From positions 35,928-99,927 of IMG/VR virus record IMGVR_UViG_3300012979_000004: 64,000 nucleotides of DNA; one strand, written 5' to 3'. The notes under the pieces were generated by a model, which was given only the letters and a program-made list of their open reading frames with translations, was not told the DNA's origin and did no database searches. The DNA is from a virus. Lineage: Duplodnaviria > Caudoviricetes. Below are positions 1 to 9,365 of the stretch, in pieces (the first letter of the stretch is position 1; the number at the start of each line of letters is the position of its first letter). Both the position numbers and the translations under genes were made by a program.

Positions 1-570
1 GGTACAAAGTATTTCAAGGCAGAAGCACGTGCTGCAATTCTCAATTTTGAGGAACGAAAGGTTGAAGTAGAGCGCAATGGTAACATTGACATGATTCTCA
101 ACCGAACACCACGACGCTTCTATGTCAAGGATTATGATGTACAGAGCGTAGCTCTTGTAACTGATGCGCTCGGTAGTGCAAAAGTAGTCCTCAACCAGGG
201 TAAGGATGAGGCAGTGTCTATTCCAATCTCTAGCGATGGAAAGACATTCAGCAATGTAACAGATGACGCTCTCGGAAAGGCTCTTCGTGGAGATCAGAGT
301 ATTGTATTCAGCAACGCAAAGAAGCTTGTTGATCAGGTCAATACACTCAACCGCGATGAGAAGGAGCGTTTGCTCAAGATTGCAGAAGAGATTAAGAAGT
401 CTATTCAGCAGATTGACTCTGCTATCGCAAGCAACGAAAAGAAGGTATCTGATTACTATAAGGAACTCGCAAAGAGTACTTCTACAGACGATTCTACAAC
501 AGTAGTGTTGAATGTAGATGGTAGTTCAGAAACACTGAAGTCTGACGAAATCATTGTAGTAAATAGCTAA
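1..570 (+). CDS. Early hypothetical protein, 5'-truncated by the window edge
   Basis: Frame 1 is open from base 1 (GTKYFKAEAR...) to TAA at 568-570; coiled-coil-like C-terminal half. Confidence 0.75.
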   Translation, partial: GTKYFKAEARAAILNFEERKVEVERNGNIDMILNRTPRRFYVKDYDVQSVALVTDALGSAKVVLNQGKDEAVSIPISSDGKTFSNVTDDALGKALRGDQSIVFSNAKKLVDQVNTLNRDEKERLLKIAEEIKKSIQQIDSAIASNEKKVSDYYKELAKSTSTDDSTTVVLNVDGSSETLKSDEIIVVNS

Positions 571-572
571 CT

Positions 573-1163
573 ATGAGCAAATCGATCAGTGATCGTAGCA
601 AGCTTGTAATTCAGTTATTACTCACAGACAGTAAAATAGCAGAGAGAGTGTTCGAAAACGTAGACGACAAGGAAAAGTACAAGATTTGTACTATCAAGAA
701 CAGCGGAGCTGTAATCCTTGGTAAGACCAGTTGTCGGTTTTGGAATCAACTGTTAAACTGTCAAGATAAGATACCGTTTGAGAGCTTTGCTCTAAAAGTA
801 TGGGATTCTTTGGTAGATGCTTCAAGTGGTGTAAACAATACCGCTATAATGAAGGGTTTATCTCAAGAAATCATCATGAAGTCTGTTCGTGAACATGAAT
901 ATGACTGGGTTGTAGGGCGTCTTTATGACTGTTGGCGACATGTGGCGCAGAAAAGTGAAGGTTATCAACAAAACGTAGCTCCTGCGGGAGCACCGGTTAA
1001 TCACCAAGGCGTAGAGAAGGTAACAATCACAGATAATGGGCCACGAAAAATCGTCCTCAATATAAACGGTGTAGAAAAGACAATTCCTATTTTAGATAGC
1101 ATTGGAGATACATTCAACATAGGCCTTGATTTTGGTATTACTGGAGTGCATCGAATTTACTAA
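573..1163 (+). CDS. Hypothetical protein (196 aa)
   Basis: ATG 2 nt after the previous stop; ends TAA; no motif recognised. Confidence 0.75.
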   Translation: MSKSISDRSKLVIQLLLTDSKIAERVFENVDDKEKYKICTIKNSGAVILGKTSCRFWNQLLNCQDKIPFESFALKVWDSLVDASSGVNNTAIMKGLSQEIIMKSVREHEYDWVVGRLYDCWRHVAQKSEGYQQNVAPAGAPVNHQGVEKVTITDNGPRKIVLNINGVEKTIPILDSIGDTFNIGLDFGITGVHRIY

Positions 1164-1164
1164 A

Positions 1165-1360
1165 TCTGAGGATTTAAGACAAATTCCTGAGGGACATGCG
1201 TCTATTTGATAAGATGTATAATAGTAAAATCAACATAAGCTGTTGAATTTCTTCAACACGACATAAAACAAAAGGTAAAGTTGCGTGCGCGCAATCTAGC
1301 CTTTTGTTTTTGCTTATTGATATGTGAATATCATTTAGCAACTGGCAAATGACTACTCGA
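1165..1360 (+). ncRNA. Putative structured intergenic RNA or terminator cluster
   Basis: Nested inverted repeats: tgttgaa/ttcaaca, aaaacaaaagg...ttgcg/cgcaa...ccttttgtttt, enclosed by ataagc/gcttat; also tgatat/atatca. Confidence 0.4.
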
Positions 1361-1400
1361 ATTCAACTATAAATTTATGTTTAATTTTAATCAAATCTAT

Positions 1401-1949
1401 ATGAATAAGAAGACATCAATCAAGTTGAACTCAAGTAACATTATTAACATTCGTAAGAACCTTGACACAGAAATAACAAAAGCATGGAAGACAATTCGCA
1501 ATGAAAATGTAATGTCATTCAAGGAAATTAAAGCAGGTCTTGGTTCTGGTAAAGATCTGAAAGCTTTGTATAATTATATCACACAGCTTCAGGAAAAACG
1601 AATTAAAATTAAGGGTATGCTCATGTATCTAAATATGGGTATTACTACATTTAATTTTGATGAATTTGTTAAAACAAATAACTATAATATCTTTGCTGCA
1701 TGTGAGGCTAAGGAAGCAATTACTCAGCTTAGCTTAATACCAACTTTGAATCCAACCGAAAAGGCAAAGAAGGGTAAGAACAACATGACTAAGAAAGAAA
1801 CGTTTACAAGTGCCAAGATTGCTTCATTAAAGAAGAGCTTACAGCTCGAAGCAAATAAGCACGATGCAGCGCTCGAAAAGTTTAACAAAGAAACAGATAT
1901 CGATATCACAGGTCTTGAAGAAGATTTCAAGCTTGAACTTACACTATAA
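1401..1949 (+). CDS. Hypothetical helical protein (start 1401 preferred; alternative 1377)
   Basis: Long ORF ending TAA; AT-rich leader before ATG 1401. Confidence 0.75.
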   Translation: MNKKTSIKLNSSNIINIRKNLDTEITKAWKTIRNENVMSFKEIKAGLGSGKDLKALYNYITQLQEKRIKIKGMLMYLNMGITTFNFDEFVKTNNYNIFAACEAKEAITQLSLIPTLNPTEKAKKGKNNMTKKETFTSAKIASLKKSLQLEANKHDAALEKFNKETDIDITGLEEDFKLELTL

Positions 1950-2053
1950 TATCGATATAGTTTGAAGCATGAGGGCTTTTATGACGGTCGGTTCGTCACA
2001 AACTACAAAATACATATTTTCCCACAGTATTAATTCTCTTAAACATAATCAAT

Positions 2054-2596
2054 ATGAAAACAAAGAAGAAGGTAGATGTAGCAGCAAAACTTGCAGCTCG
2101 TCCAAAAAAATATAACCTTATGGTTGGATACGACGAAATACTTGAAACAGAAATCCAAGCTATATTAAAAGAAAACAAGATAAAGACACAGATCACGACC
2201 GCTTGTTACTTTTATATCAAGGGTTTGACAAAAGAAGAAGCAGAACGTATCGGAAACCTGGTGAAAGATGTGAAATTTGAATTTACATCTCCAAAAACAA
2301 ACAAATCTAAGGTTTATAAGTTACGATATATATCAATACTACTTGCACCAGACCTGGCTCTTGGTAAAATTAAACGAATGCACAAGAAGAAGACATCTGG
2401 AACAATACACAGTGCTGGTACAAAAACTACTACATATCAGAAGAAAGTAAAATCCCGAGCTAAGAAGGCGACATTGGCTATTCTAAAAGCTGAGAAAAAT
2501 AAAAATAATTTAAAGAAAGCTATATCTAAGAAAAGCGAATTACATAAAACAGTAAAGCCGATACAGCAGAAAATTAACTTTAAGAAAGCAGCGTAG
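2054..2596 (+). CDS. Lys-rich basic hypothetical protein; the only early gene ending in TAG
   Basis: 180-aa ORF ending ...FKKAA-TAG; the next ATG follows 2 nt later. Confidence 0.75.
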   Translation: MKTKKKVDVAAKLAARPKKYNLMVGYDEILETEIQAILKENKIKTQITTACYFYIKGLTKEEAERIGNLVKDVKFEFTSPKTNKSKVYKLRYISILLAPDLALGKIKRMHKKKTSGTIHSAGTKTTTYQKKVKSRAKKATLAILKAEKNKNNLKKAISKKSELHKTVKPIQQKINFKKAA

Positions 2597-2598
2597 CC

Positions 2599-3147
2599 AT
2601 GGGAAAGAAGACCGTAAATAAAAAGCTTAAAAAGAAGCTGAATCGTATACGAAATCAGAAAAACTGTATTCCACCTAAAATACAAGCCAATGTTTGGGAT
2701 ATAGATAACGATGGAGTAGAAGCATATCGTAACACACGTCCGTACCAAGAACATGTACCAATAATGGAACGGAAAGGAAAGTTAAATAAAAAACCTTGGT
2801 ATATTCTTACTAAAGAAGAACATATCACAATTGACAAATTACGTAAATCTACAAAGATGACACGTGATGATTACATTAAAGGGTACATAAAACAAAAAAT
2901 GGATAAATGGGAGTTAAAACATAAAAAACCACAAGAAAACGATTTATTCTACAATCAAGAACTCCCAAAATGGACAAGTGACCGTGAACAACATCACGAT
3001 AACATAATGTCTATTATATCTAAAAAGTATATAAAACGTTACACAAAACCGTTAATAAATTATGTATTCGACTCTAAGCATACGTTAAAAAATAATGTAA
3101 CTAAAAAGCAGGTGAGCACCCGATATGGACTGGGAATAGCTGCATAA
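2599..3147 (+). CDS. Lys-rich hypothetical protein (182 aa)
   Basis: Tightly coupled to the upstream gene; ends ...GIAA-TAA. Confidence 0.75.
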   Translation: MGKKTVNKKLKKKLNRIRNQKNCIPPKIQANVWDIDNDGVEAYRNTRPYQEHVPIMERKGKLNKKPWYILTKEEHITIDKLRKSTKMTRDDYIKGYIKQKMDKWELKHKKPQENDLFYNQELPKWTSDREQHHDNIMSIISKKYIKRYTKPLINYVFDSKHTLKNNVTKKQVSTRYGLGIAA

Positions 3148-3226
3148 TTTATAAAACAAAAAGATTTAATAGTTTTCCAGGATACCACTGGGCATGTTAA
3201 AATATAATCTAGGACACCACTAGATT

Positions 3227-3298
3227 TTGGACATTCTGCTGGTAGAAGTAGTTAAATTTAATTTAACTATGATTGGTTCGACTCCGATCTGTCCAACA
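3227..3298 (+). ncRNA. Non-canonical tRNA-like RNA A (Gln-like acceptor, UUA at hairpin apex)
   Basis: Stem tggaca/tgtcca + A + CA; D-like arm ttct-GCTGGT-agaa; long hairpin gtagttaa-ATTTAAT-ttaactat; T arm gattgg-TTCGACT-ccgatc. Confidence 0.6.
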
Positions 3299-3348
3299 TA
3301 TTTATGGTATCTTGCAAAAAATAATAAACAATTTAAAATAATAAAAAG

Positions 3349-3708
3349 ATGAAAAAAACGGAATTACAATTATTACTAAAAGATCTTTGCGCAAGAGTAC
3401 CATATGGCGTAAAGTGCAATGTTGACGGCAGAATAAGACTGTTAACAGGTGTACAATCAGACGGAACATTAAAGTTTAAAAGTTCAAAATTATCATTTTC
3501 GATAAAAGAATGTTGTATAAAACCATATCTATATCCAATAAAAAATATGACAAAAATCGATTTTCTAAAATTTTGCTCTATAACAGCGGATGATACGATG
3601 TTGTTAGTGAAAAAACAAATTGATTTTTTGGAAGAGCACAATTATGATCACGGACATTTGATTGAACACGATTTGGCGATAGACGCTACAGGTTTAGATG
3701 TATACTAA
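3349..3708 (+). CDS. Hypothetical protein of a type common in Bacteroidota phages
   Basis: Motifs LLLKDLCARVPYGVK, IKPYLYP and LIEHDLAI; ends TAA. Confidence 0.75.
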   Translation: MKKTELQLLLKDLCARVPYGVKCNVDGRIRLLTGVQSDGTLKFKSSKLSFSIKECCIKPYLYPIKNMTKIDFLKFCSITADDTMLLVKKQIDFLEEHNYDHGHLIEHDLAIDATGLDVY

Positions 3709-3711
3709 AAT

Positions 3712-3876
3712 ATGATAACAAATGCGATTGTATTAAATAACACAATACATGTGTTTATAAAAAGTGACTCAAATTGTTTAAAGTGTTCATTGCGAAATAA
3801 ATGTAAGTCTTTTCATGAAGATTCACCATGTATGATATTTGAAGATCATGGGCATTTTGAAATAAAAAAGACTTGA
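3712..3876 (+). CDS. Small Cys-rich protein (54 aa)
   Basis: MITNAIVLNNTIHVF...CLKCSLRNKC...C...HF-TGA; starts 3 nt after the previous stop; below the ORF-track cutoff. Confidence 0.55.
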   Translation: MITNAIVLNNTIHVFIKSDSNCLKCSLRNKCKSFHEDSPCMIFEDHGHFEIKKT

Positions 3877-3948
3877 TTTTATCGCAAAATTAAAGTGTAG
3901 GGTTTATACATTCCTATAACAAAGTATTAACGCAAAGAACTATAAGTC

Positions 3949-5826
3949 ATGTGTATACGAAATTGTAGGATAGACGTCTATGATATAGAAGTTTTTCCAA
4001 ATGTATTTCACTGTTGTACAAAAAATACCGAAACTGGAGAAATAAGTAAATTTGAAATATCTGAAAGAAAAAATCAATTAGATGAATTGGTATCATATTT
4101 TACCAATAAAGAATCAAAGATAATCTGCGGATACAACAATCATCATTATGACGATGTTATAATAAATTATATAATAGATTATCATTCTAAACTAATTAGA
4201 TTGCCATACTGGAAGATATGTAAATCTTTATTCGGTTTATCACAAACTATTGTAACAGCAGAAGATGGAGACGTTGACAGATTTAAAAAATGGAAGTATG
4301 CGCATTACTTCTATTCTATAGATTTGTTAACTATGCAATTTAGTTCTAAATTACGAGTAGGTCTAAAAGAACTTCAATTAACCATGCATTATAAAAATGT
4401 GCAGGAATATGAAGGTGATTTTGAAAACAATCTTCCTACAAATGAAATAGACAAAATGATCGCATATAATATAAACGATGTAAATTCTACAACAGAGCTA
4501 TTAAACATTCTTAAAAAAGATATAGAATTACGTTTGTTTATATACGATGAATATCACATTGACGCATTGTCGATGGATAGTGTTAAGTTTGGAGAAAAAC
4601 TACTAGCAGAACGTTATTGTGAAAGCGCACGCATACCAATGCGATTGTTAAAGACAATGCGTTCACCAATGGACAATATCCCTTTAAAAGATGTTATATT
4701 TCCATTTATAGAATATAAAAATCCAAAATTAAAAGACGTTCTCGAAGATATGAAAAGGCAAATAGTATCTTCAAAAGAACGCAAAGGCTACGAGAAGAAG
4801 TTTGTTCTCTCGAACGTGGTGTATTCAATCGGAGTTGGTGGTATACATTCAATACACGATCCAGAAATATTCCATCCGGGACCTGACGAGTATATCGGAC
4901 ACAGTGATGTGGCGTCGATGTATCCGAGCTTACTGATAAAGTATGAACTTACTCCCAGACACTTAGGTAAAACATTTTTGAAAGTCTATTCTAAACTATA
5001 TGAAGAACGAATAGAAGCAAAACATAGCGGACAGAAACTTAAGAATCTTGCCTTAAAATTGACTCTTAACTCTGTTACGGGGAAAATGCAAGAAGAAACA
5101 AGTTGGATGTACGACCCATTTAACGTTTTCAAAATACGTATTAACGGACAGTTGATACTATTGATGTTGGTGGATCGTTTGCTGGAACTTAATTGTAAGA
5201 TTGTACAAGTAAATACAGATGGTGTTGTTTATATCGCTAAGAAAACCGCTTCTGAGGCCATTCAGGGGGCTATTTCAGAAGTAGAGCGTATAACACAACT
5301 TGTTTTTGAAAGCGACAACTATGAGGCGTTTTATCAATACGCAATCAACGATTATTTTGGAGTTGTTGAGGGTTATTCGCAATCTAATGACCCTAAATTG
5401 ATAGAAAAGAAAGGAATGTTTATCACTGAAACAAAAATAGGTAAAGGACTAGCACCGGTTATTATACCTAAAGCAGTGATTAATTATTTCTTAACAAAAC
5501 AGCCTGTATCTGAATATATCAGACAGCAGACCGATATAAAAGATTTCTTAATGGCACAAAGAGTCAATAAGAAATTCAAAGTCCGACACGGCAATCAATT
5601 TGTACAACGTATAAATCGATATTATGCTAGCACAAACGGTTATTCACTTTATAAAGTAGATTCAGACGGTAGTGAAACAAACATGTTAACTAAATCTGGA
5701 GTAACAATACTTAATAAAATGGACGACTTAAATATACAAGACAGGCATATAAATTATAACTATTATATAAGCGAAGCTAATAAGATAGTATATGATTTAG
5801 CTTGTCAACAATTAACTCTATTTTAA
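3949..5826 (+). CDS. polB: Family B DNA polymerase (crAss type)
   Basis: Exo I YDIEV, GYNNHHYD; polymerase motifs DVASMYPS, KLTLNSVTGK and NTDG. Confidence 0.93.
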   Translation: MCIRNCRIDVYDIEVFPNVFHCCTKNTETGEISKFEISERKNQLDELVSYFTNKESKIICGYNNHHYDDVIINYIIDYHSKLIRLPYWKICKSLFGLSQTIVTAEDGDVDRFKKWKYAHYFYSIDLLTMQFSSKLRVGLKELQLTMHYKNVQEYEGDFENNLPTNEIDKMIAYNINDVNSTTELLNILKKDIELRLFIYDEYHIDALSMDSVKFGEKLLAERYCESARIPMRLLKTMRSPMDNIPLKDVIFPFIEYKNPKLKDVLEDMKRQIVSSKERKGYEKKFVLSNVVYSIGVGGIHSIHDPEIFHPGPDEYIGHSDVASMYPSLLIKYELTPRHLGKTFLKVYSKLYEERIEAKHSGQKLKNLALKLTLNSVTGKMQEETSWMYDPFNVFKIRINGQLILLMLVDRLLELNCKIVQVNTDGVVYIAKKTASEAIQGAISEVERITQLVFESDNYEAFYQYAINDYFGVVEGYSQSNDPKLIEKKGMFITETKIGKGLAPVIIPKAVINYFLTKQPVSEYIRQQTDIKDFLMAQRVNKKFKVRHGNQFVQRINRYYASTNGYSLYKVDSDGSETNMLTKSGVTILNKMDDLNIQDRHINYNYYISEANKIVYDLACQQLTLF

Positions 5827-5857
5827 TAACCAACTTGCTAACCTAAGAGTATAAGAG

Positions 5858-6421
5858 ATGATTATTGAAGTAAATACAAAACTCTTGCACATGCAAGAAA
5901 ACATCAATCTGAATCAACTATTCTTCTTAAGTACTGTATTGGATAAGAATCAAAAAACTAATCAAGACGTCCGCAAGATTGTCAGCCTAATTAGCGACGA
6001 CGAAATACAGTATTTAATAAATCAGAATCTAATCTCTTCAACTGTAGAAAGAGATGCTATTATATATCGGCCAACAGAAAAATTAACAAATTTCTTAAAG
6101 CCATCTAAGACTTATTTTGAAGTCTTTAAAGATATATACCCATCATATGTTACACGACCAGATGGTTCGAAAGGATACCTACAAACCAATATAAACAAAT
6201 GTCGTCATTTATTTGATCTGTATACAGGATTAAGTGAAGCGATGGCACAGCATTTAATTGATTGTCTTACATTTGAGATAAACAAGAAGATGAATACTGG
6301 TAAAATAGGATATATGAAAACTATGTATAAATGGTTAATAGAACATCAATGGGAAGAATCTGAAGCGGAAATGCAAGATGAAAGTAAAACAACATCAGCA
6401 TATGGAACAGAACTCGTTTAA
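5858..6421 (+). CDS. Replication-associated protein (possible helicase loader or initiator)
   Basis: Lies between polB and dnaB and overlaps the dnaB start; function inferred from context only. Confidence 0.6.
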   Translation: MIIEVNTKLLHMQENINLNQLFFLSTVLDKNQKTNQDVRKIVSLISDDEIQYLINQNLISSTVERDAIIYRPTEKLTNFLKPSKTYFEVFKDIYPSYVTRPDGSKGYLQTNINKCRHLFDLYTGLSEAMAQHLIDCLTFEINKKMNTGKIGYMKTMYKWLIEHQWEESEAEMQDESKTTSAYGTELV

Positions 6422-7325
6422 AATAAAATCTATGCGAGACGTGACTCAAGAAGCAATCTCGTATATAGCTGGAAGAAGAGAACATAATATAGTCTCTTTA
6501 AAGACCAGATGGAATAAGTTTAACAAACAGTGTATGGGAGGAATTGAACCAAATACTGTTTATACCATAGCAGGCATTTCTGGAAGCGGAAAGAGTTCTA
6601 TTGTAAACTCTATTCAAGTTGATTTAATTGATCTGAATCCTTCAGAAGAGATAATCATTTTATGTTTTTCATTAGAAATGGTTGGATTTAGGCAGGTCGG
6701 AAGAGTACTTTCTAACAGATTAAGAAAGACAACTTCTACCCTGTATAGTGCGGAAACGGACCTCGATGACAAGACATTTAAAGAAGTCATCTATGTATCC
6801 AATCAGCTAAAGGAATACCCAATCTACTTTGTAGACAATCCCGGTACTCCCAAGCAAACAGAAGAGATTATCAATAATTTCTATGAACAGTATGTAAAAA
6901 ATACAAACAAACATTTTGTAATCACATATGACCATACTCTTTTGACAAAACAAGTTGGATCTATTATAGAAACAATTAGTGAATTAGAACGAGTATTTAT
7001 ACAAGCCAAAAAATATCCTTTGACTTCAGTCATACAAATTGCACAAATGAACAGAAACATAGAGCAACCTGAACGGATTAACAACCCTTCGTCACACTAT
7101 CCTATGAGAAGTGACATAAGTTCATCAGACGCTGTGTTTCAAGGTAGCGATTACGTATTTGTAATACACAGACCAGAAACATTAGGTATTCAAGAATACG
7201 GACCAAGTCATTTGCCAACAGAAAACAAGGTTTATTTACACTTAATGAAAAACAGAGACGCAGGTAAACCTTGTATACTTGAATTCGAGAACGATCTTGC
7301 GTACAATAATATTATTGAAACATAA
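6402..7325 (+). CDS. dnaB: DnaB-like replicative helicase (ATPase domain only)
   Basis: Walker A AGISGSGKS, FSLEM, YDHTLL, IAQMNR, SDISSSDAVFQGSD, KNRD; start 6402 preferred over 6378. Confidence 0.9.
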   Translation: MEQNSFKIKSMRDVTQEAISYIAGRREHNIVSLKTRWNKFNKQCMGGIEPNTVYTIAGISGSGKSSIVNSIQVDLIDLNPSEEIIILCFSLEMVGFRQVGRVLSNRLRKTTSTLYSAETDLDDKTFKEVIYVSNQLKEYPIYFVDNPGTPKQTEEIINNFYEQYVKNTNKHFVITYDHTLLTKQVGSIIETISELERVFIQAKKYPLTSVIQIAQMNRNIEQPERINNPSSHYPMRSDISSSDAVFQGSDYVFVIHRPETLGIQEYGPSHLPTENKVYLHLMKNRDAGKPCILEFENDLAYNNIIET

Positions 7326-7361
7326 GCGTTAAGTATTAACAAAAAAATATTTTGGCTGACT

Positions 7362-7853
7362 ATGACAAAGACAACTTTTAAGATTACTAACAATAATTCT
7401 AACAACAATACAACATTTCCCATCACAAACTATTCTACGTTGCTTGATAACATTATTGCTACTAATATAGCAAAGACGAACAAGTATCTGTTTGATGATG
7501 GATCTTCGGATTTCTATACATTGTTGTTGAACGACTCTGCAAAGAAGCATACTTGTAATCTGTGTTGCCTCACAAACAATAACGATAAGTTTACCAAAGC
7601 TGCAAACTTTATTGCTAACTATGGCAAGAATAAGGGTACAAAGCTGCCAATCAGTTTTGGTAAGATTTATAAGCTGTTAGATGGTACACCCATTGCTTTT
7701 TATGAAGATGAAATTCAGATCGGCATGGATTTGTACGCATACAGCGATTTTAAGGACATTACGTTCTTGAATTCTTTGCCTAAGAAGACAAAGAATATCA
7801 TCATTAACATCTTCAATGCTAACGCAAAGAACATTGAGATTAACATCAACTAA
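7362..7853 (+). CDS. Asn-rich hypothetical protein
   Basis: 163-aa ORF ending TAA. Confidence 0.7.
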   Translation: MTKTTFKITNNNSNNNTTFPITNYSTLLDNIIATNIAKTNKYLFDDGSSDFYTLLLNDSAKKHTCNLCCLTNNNDKFTKAANFIANYGKNKGTKLPISFGKIYKLLDGTPIAFYEDEIQIGMDLYAYSDFKDITFLNSLPKKTKNIIINIFNANAKNIEININ

Positions 7854-7868
7854 AGTCTAAGAACTAAT

Positions 7869-8612
7869 ATGATAGTACTACCTACATCTAAAGTCCAAGC
7901 AACTTCTACAAATCCGCAATATTTGATTTTATATGGATTGCCAAAAGCCGGTAAGACATCAGCAGTTGCGCAACTGGAAAATAATCTTATTGTAGACCTC
8001 GAAGGCGGATCCAAATTCATTGACGCACTTGCCGTACAAGCTCGTACAATCAACGATTTAGGAGAAATTGCACAAGCCATTAGAGCTAAGAATGCAGAAG
8101 TAGGACATAATTTTTATAAACACATTACAATAGACAATGCCACCAGATTAGAAGACATTTGTATGAGCTATGCATGTAGTTTGTATCGTAAAACTGAACT
8201 AGGGAAGAACTGGAAAGGAGACGATGTAACAACTCTTGCAAGAGGAGCTGGTTATAAATACCTAAGAGATGCCGTTAAAAAGGTAATCGACATGTTTAAA
8301 GAGCTTTGTGATGAATTCATCTTAATTGGACATGTTAAAGATTCTCTAACAGAAAAAGACGGACAAGAAGTTTCAGCAAAAGAAATAGACCTTGTTGGAA
8401 AACTAGGTAAAATCATTTGCGGAATGGCCGATGCTGTTGGATACGTCTATCGAAAAGACAACGAAACACATATTAGTTTTAAGTCTGGAGGAGATGGAAC
8501 AATCATGGAAGCCCGCGCAAGACATATTGCTGGACAAGATGTCGTTATTGCAACTGGAAACCCAGATGGATCTATAACAACTCATTGGGAACGTGTTTAT
8601 AAACCAGAATAA
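7869..8612 (+). CDS. AAA_24/Sak4-like ATPase (probable single-strand annealing recombinase)
   Basis: YGLPKAGKT Walker A, DLEGGS, ITIDNAT, ILIGHVK; adjacent to SSB as is typical for Sak4. Confidence 0.82.
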   Translation: MIVLPTSKVQATSTNPQYLILYGLPKAGKTSAVAQLENNLIVDLEGGSKFIDALAVQARTINDLGEIAQAIRAKNAEVGHNFYKHITIDNATRLEDICMSYACSLYRKTELGKNWKGDDVTTLARGAGYKYLRDAVKKVIDMFKELCDEFILIGHVKDSLTEKDGQEVSAKEIDLVGKLGKIICGMADAVGYVYRKDNETHISFKSGGDGTIMEARARHIAGQDVVIATGNPDGSITTHWERVYKPE

Positions 8613-8637
8613 TAAGAACTAAAAGTCAAAGGAAATT

Positions 8638-9261
8638 ATGTATAGTACAAAAACAGCAACAACAAACAATAATGAGTTTAATAGCTCATATATGCCCGTA
8701 GGTATCAACGATAACGTAAACTTGAGTGCAGTAAACGTACTTAAATCACAGCAAGGACGTGACTATATTGAGTTTGTATTTACAAACGAAAATGGTCAAA
8801 CTGCATCATTTACGGAATGGAAGAATGAGAAAAACATGTGGATCAAAACTGACGAAGATTTACAACGTCGTGACGATCAGCAGTTTGGTCGAATTCTTCA
8901 AATTATAAACTGTTTTTATGACAAAACTCCAGAATTTGAGGGAGCAAGCTTCTTTGAAATGATCAATTGGGTAAAGGCAAAACTTGACCAATTTATCAAC
9001 AGCAACCTTCCTAAAAAGGATTTACGTCTTAAGGTAGTTTATGACAAAAAGGGATATACAAAAGTATCATCTCTTGGCGTATACGTTGAGCCTATGAGTA
9101 TAGAAAAGTCTCAAATTAAGCTTTGGAAGAACGATCTTCTTGAGCGACCCGTCGTAGCCGATAAGGAAGACGATCCGCTTGTTGCAGCAGCTAATGAAGC
9201 ATTACTGTTGAACACTCCGGTAAATGAGACAACTACAGGTGCTGACGACCTTCCGTTCTGA
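8638..9261 (+). CDS. ssb: Single-stranded DNA-binding protein (putative)
   Basis: Acidic C-terminal tail GADDLPF; follows the Sak4-like ATPase. Confidence 0.72.
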   Translation: MYSTKTATTNNNEFNSSYMPVGINDNVNLSAVNVLKSQQGRDYIEFVFTNENGQTASFTEWKNEKNMWIKTDEDLQRRDDQQFGRILQIINCFYDKTPEFEGASFFEMINWVKAKLDQFINSNLPKKDLRLKVVYDKKGYTKVSSLGVYVEPMSIEKSQIKLWKNDLLERPVVADKEDDPLVAAANEALLLNTPVNETTTGADDLPF

Positions 9262-9314
9262 CAATATTTCAGTAACGACTAATGGTCAGTGGTGGAGGAA
9301 TCTAGTGATTCCCT

Positions 9315-9361
9315 GGAGCATGTAAGGAACGTTGAGGGGTTCGATTCCCCTCCATGCTACA
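9315..9361 (+). ncRNA. tRNA-like minihelix B (acceptor + T arm only)
   Basis: agcatg/catgct + A + CA; T arm gagggg-TTCGATT-cccctc; an 11-nt linker replaces the D and anticodon arms. Confidence 0.55.
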
Positions 9362-9365
9362 AATA

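Noticed and set aside
3305-3320. Bacteroidota sigma-A promoter (TAnnTTTG)
   Set aside because: TATCTTGCA is one T short of the consensus, and no convincing -33 element is present.
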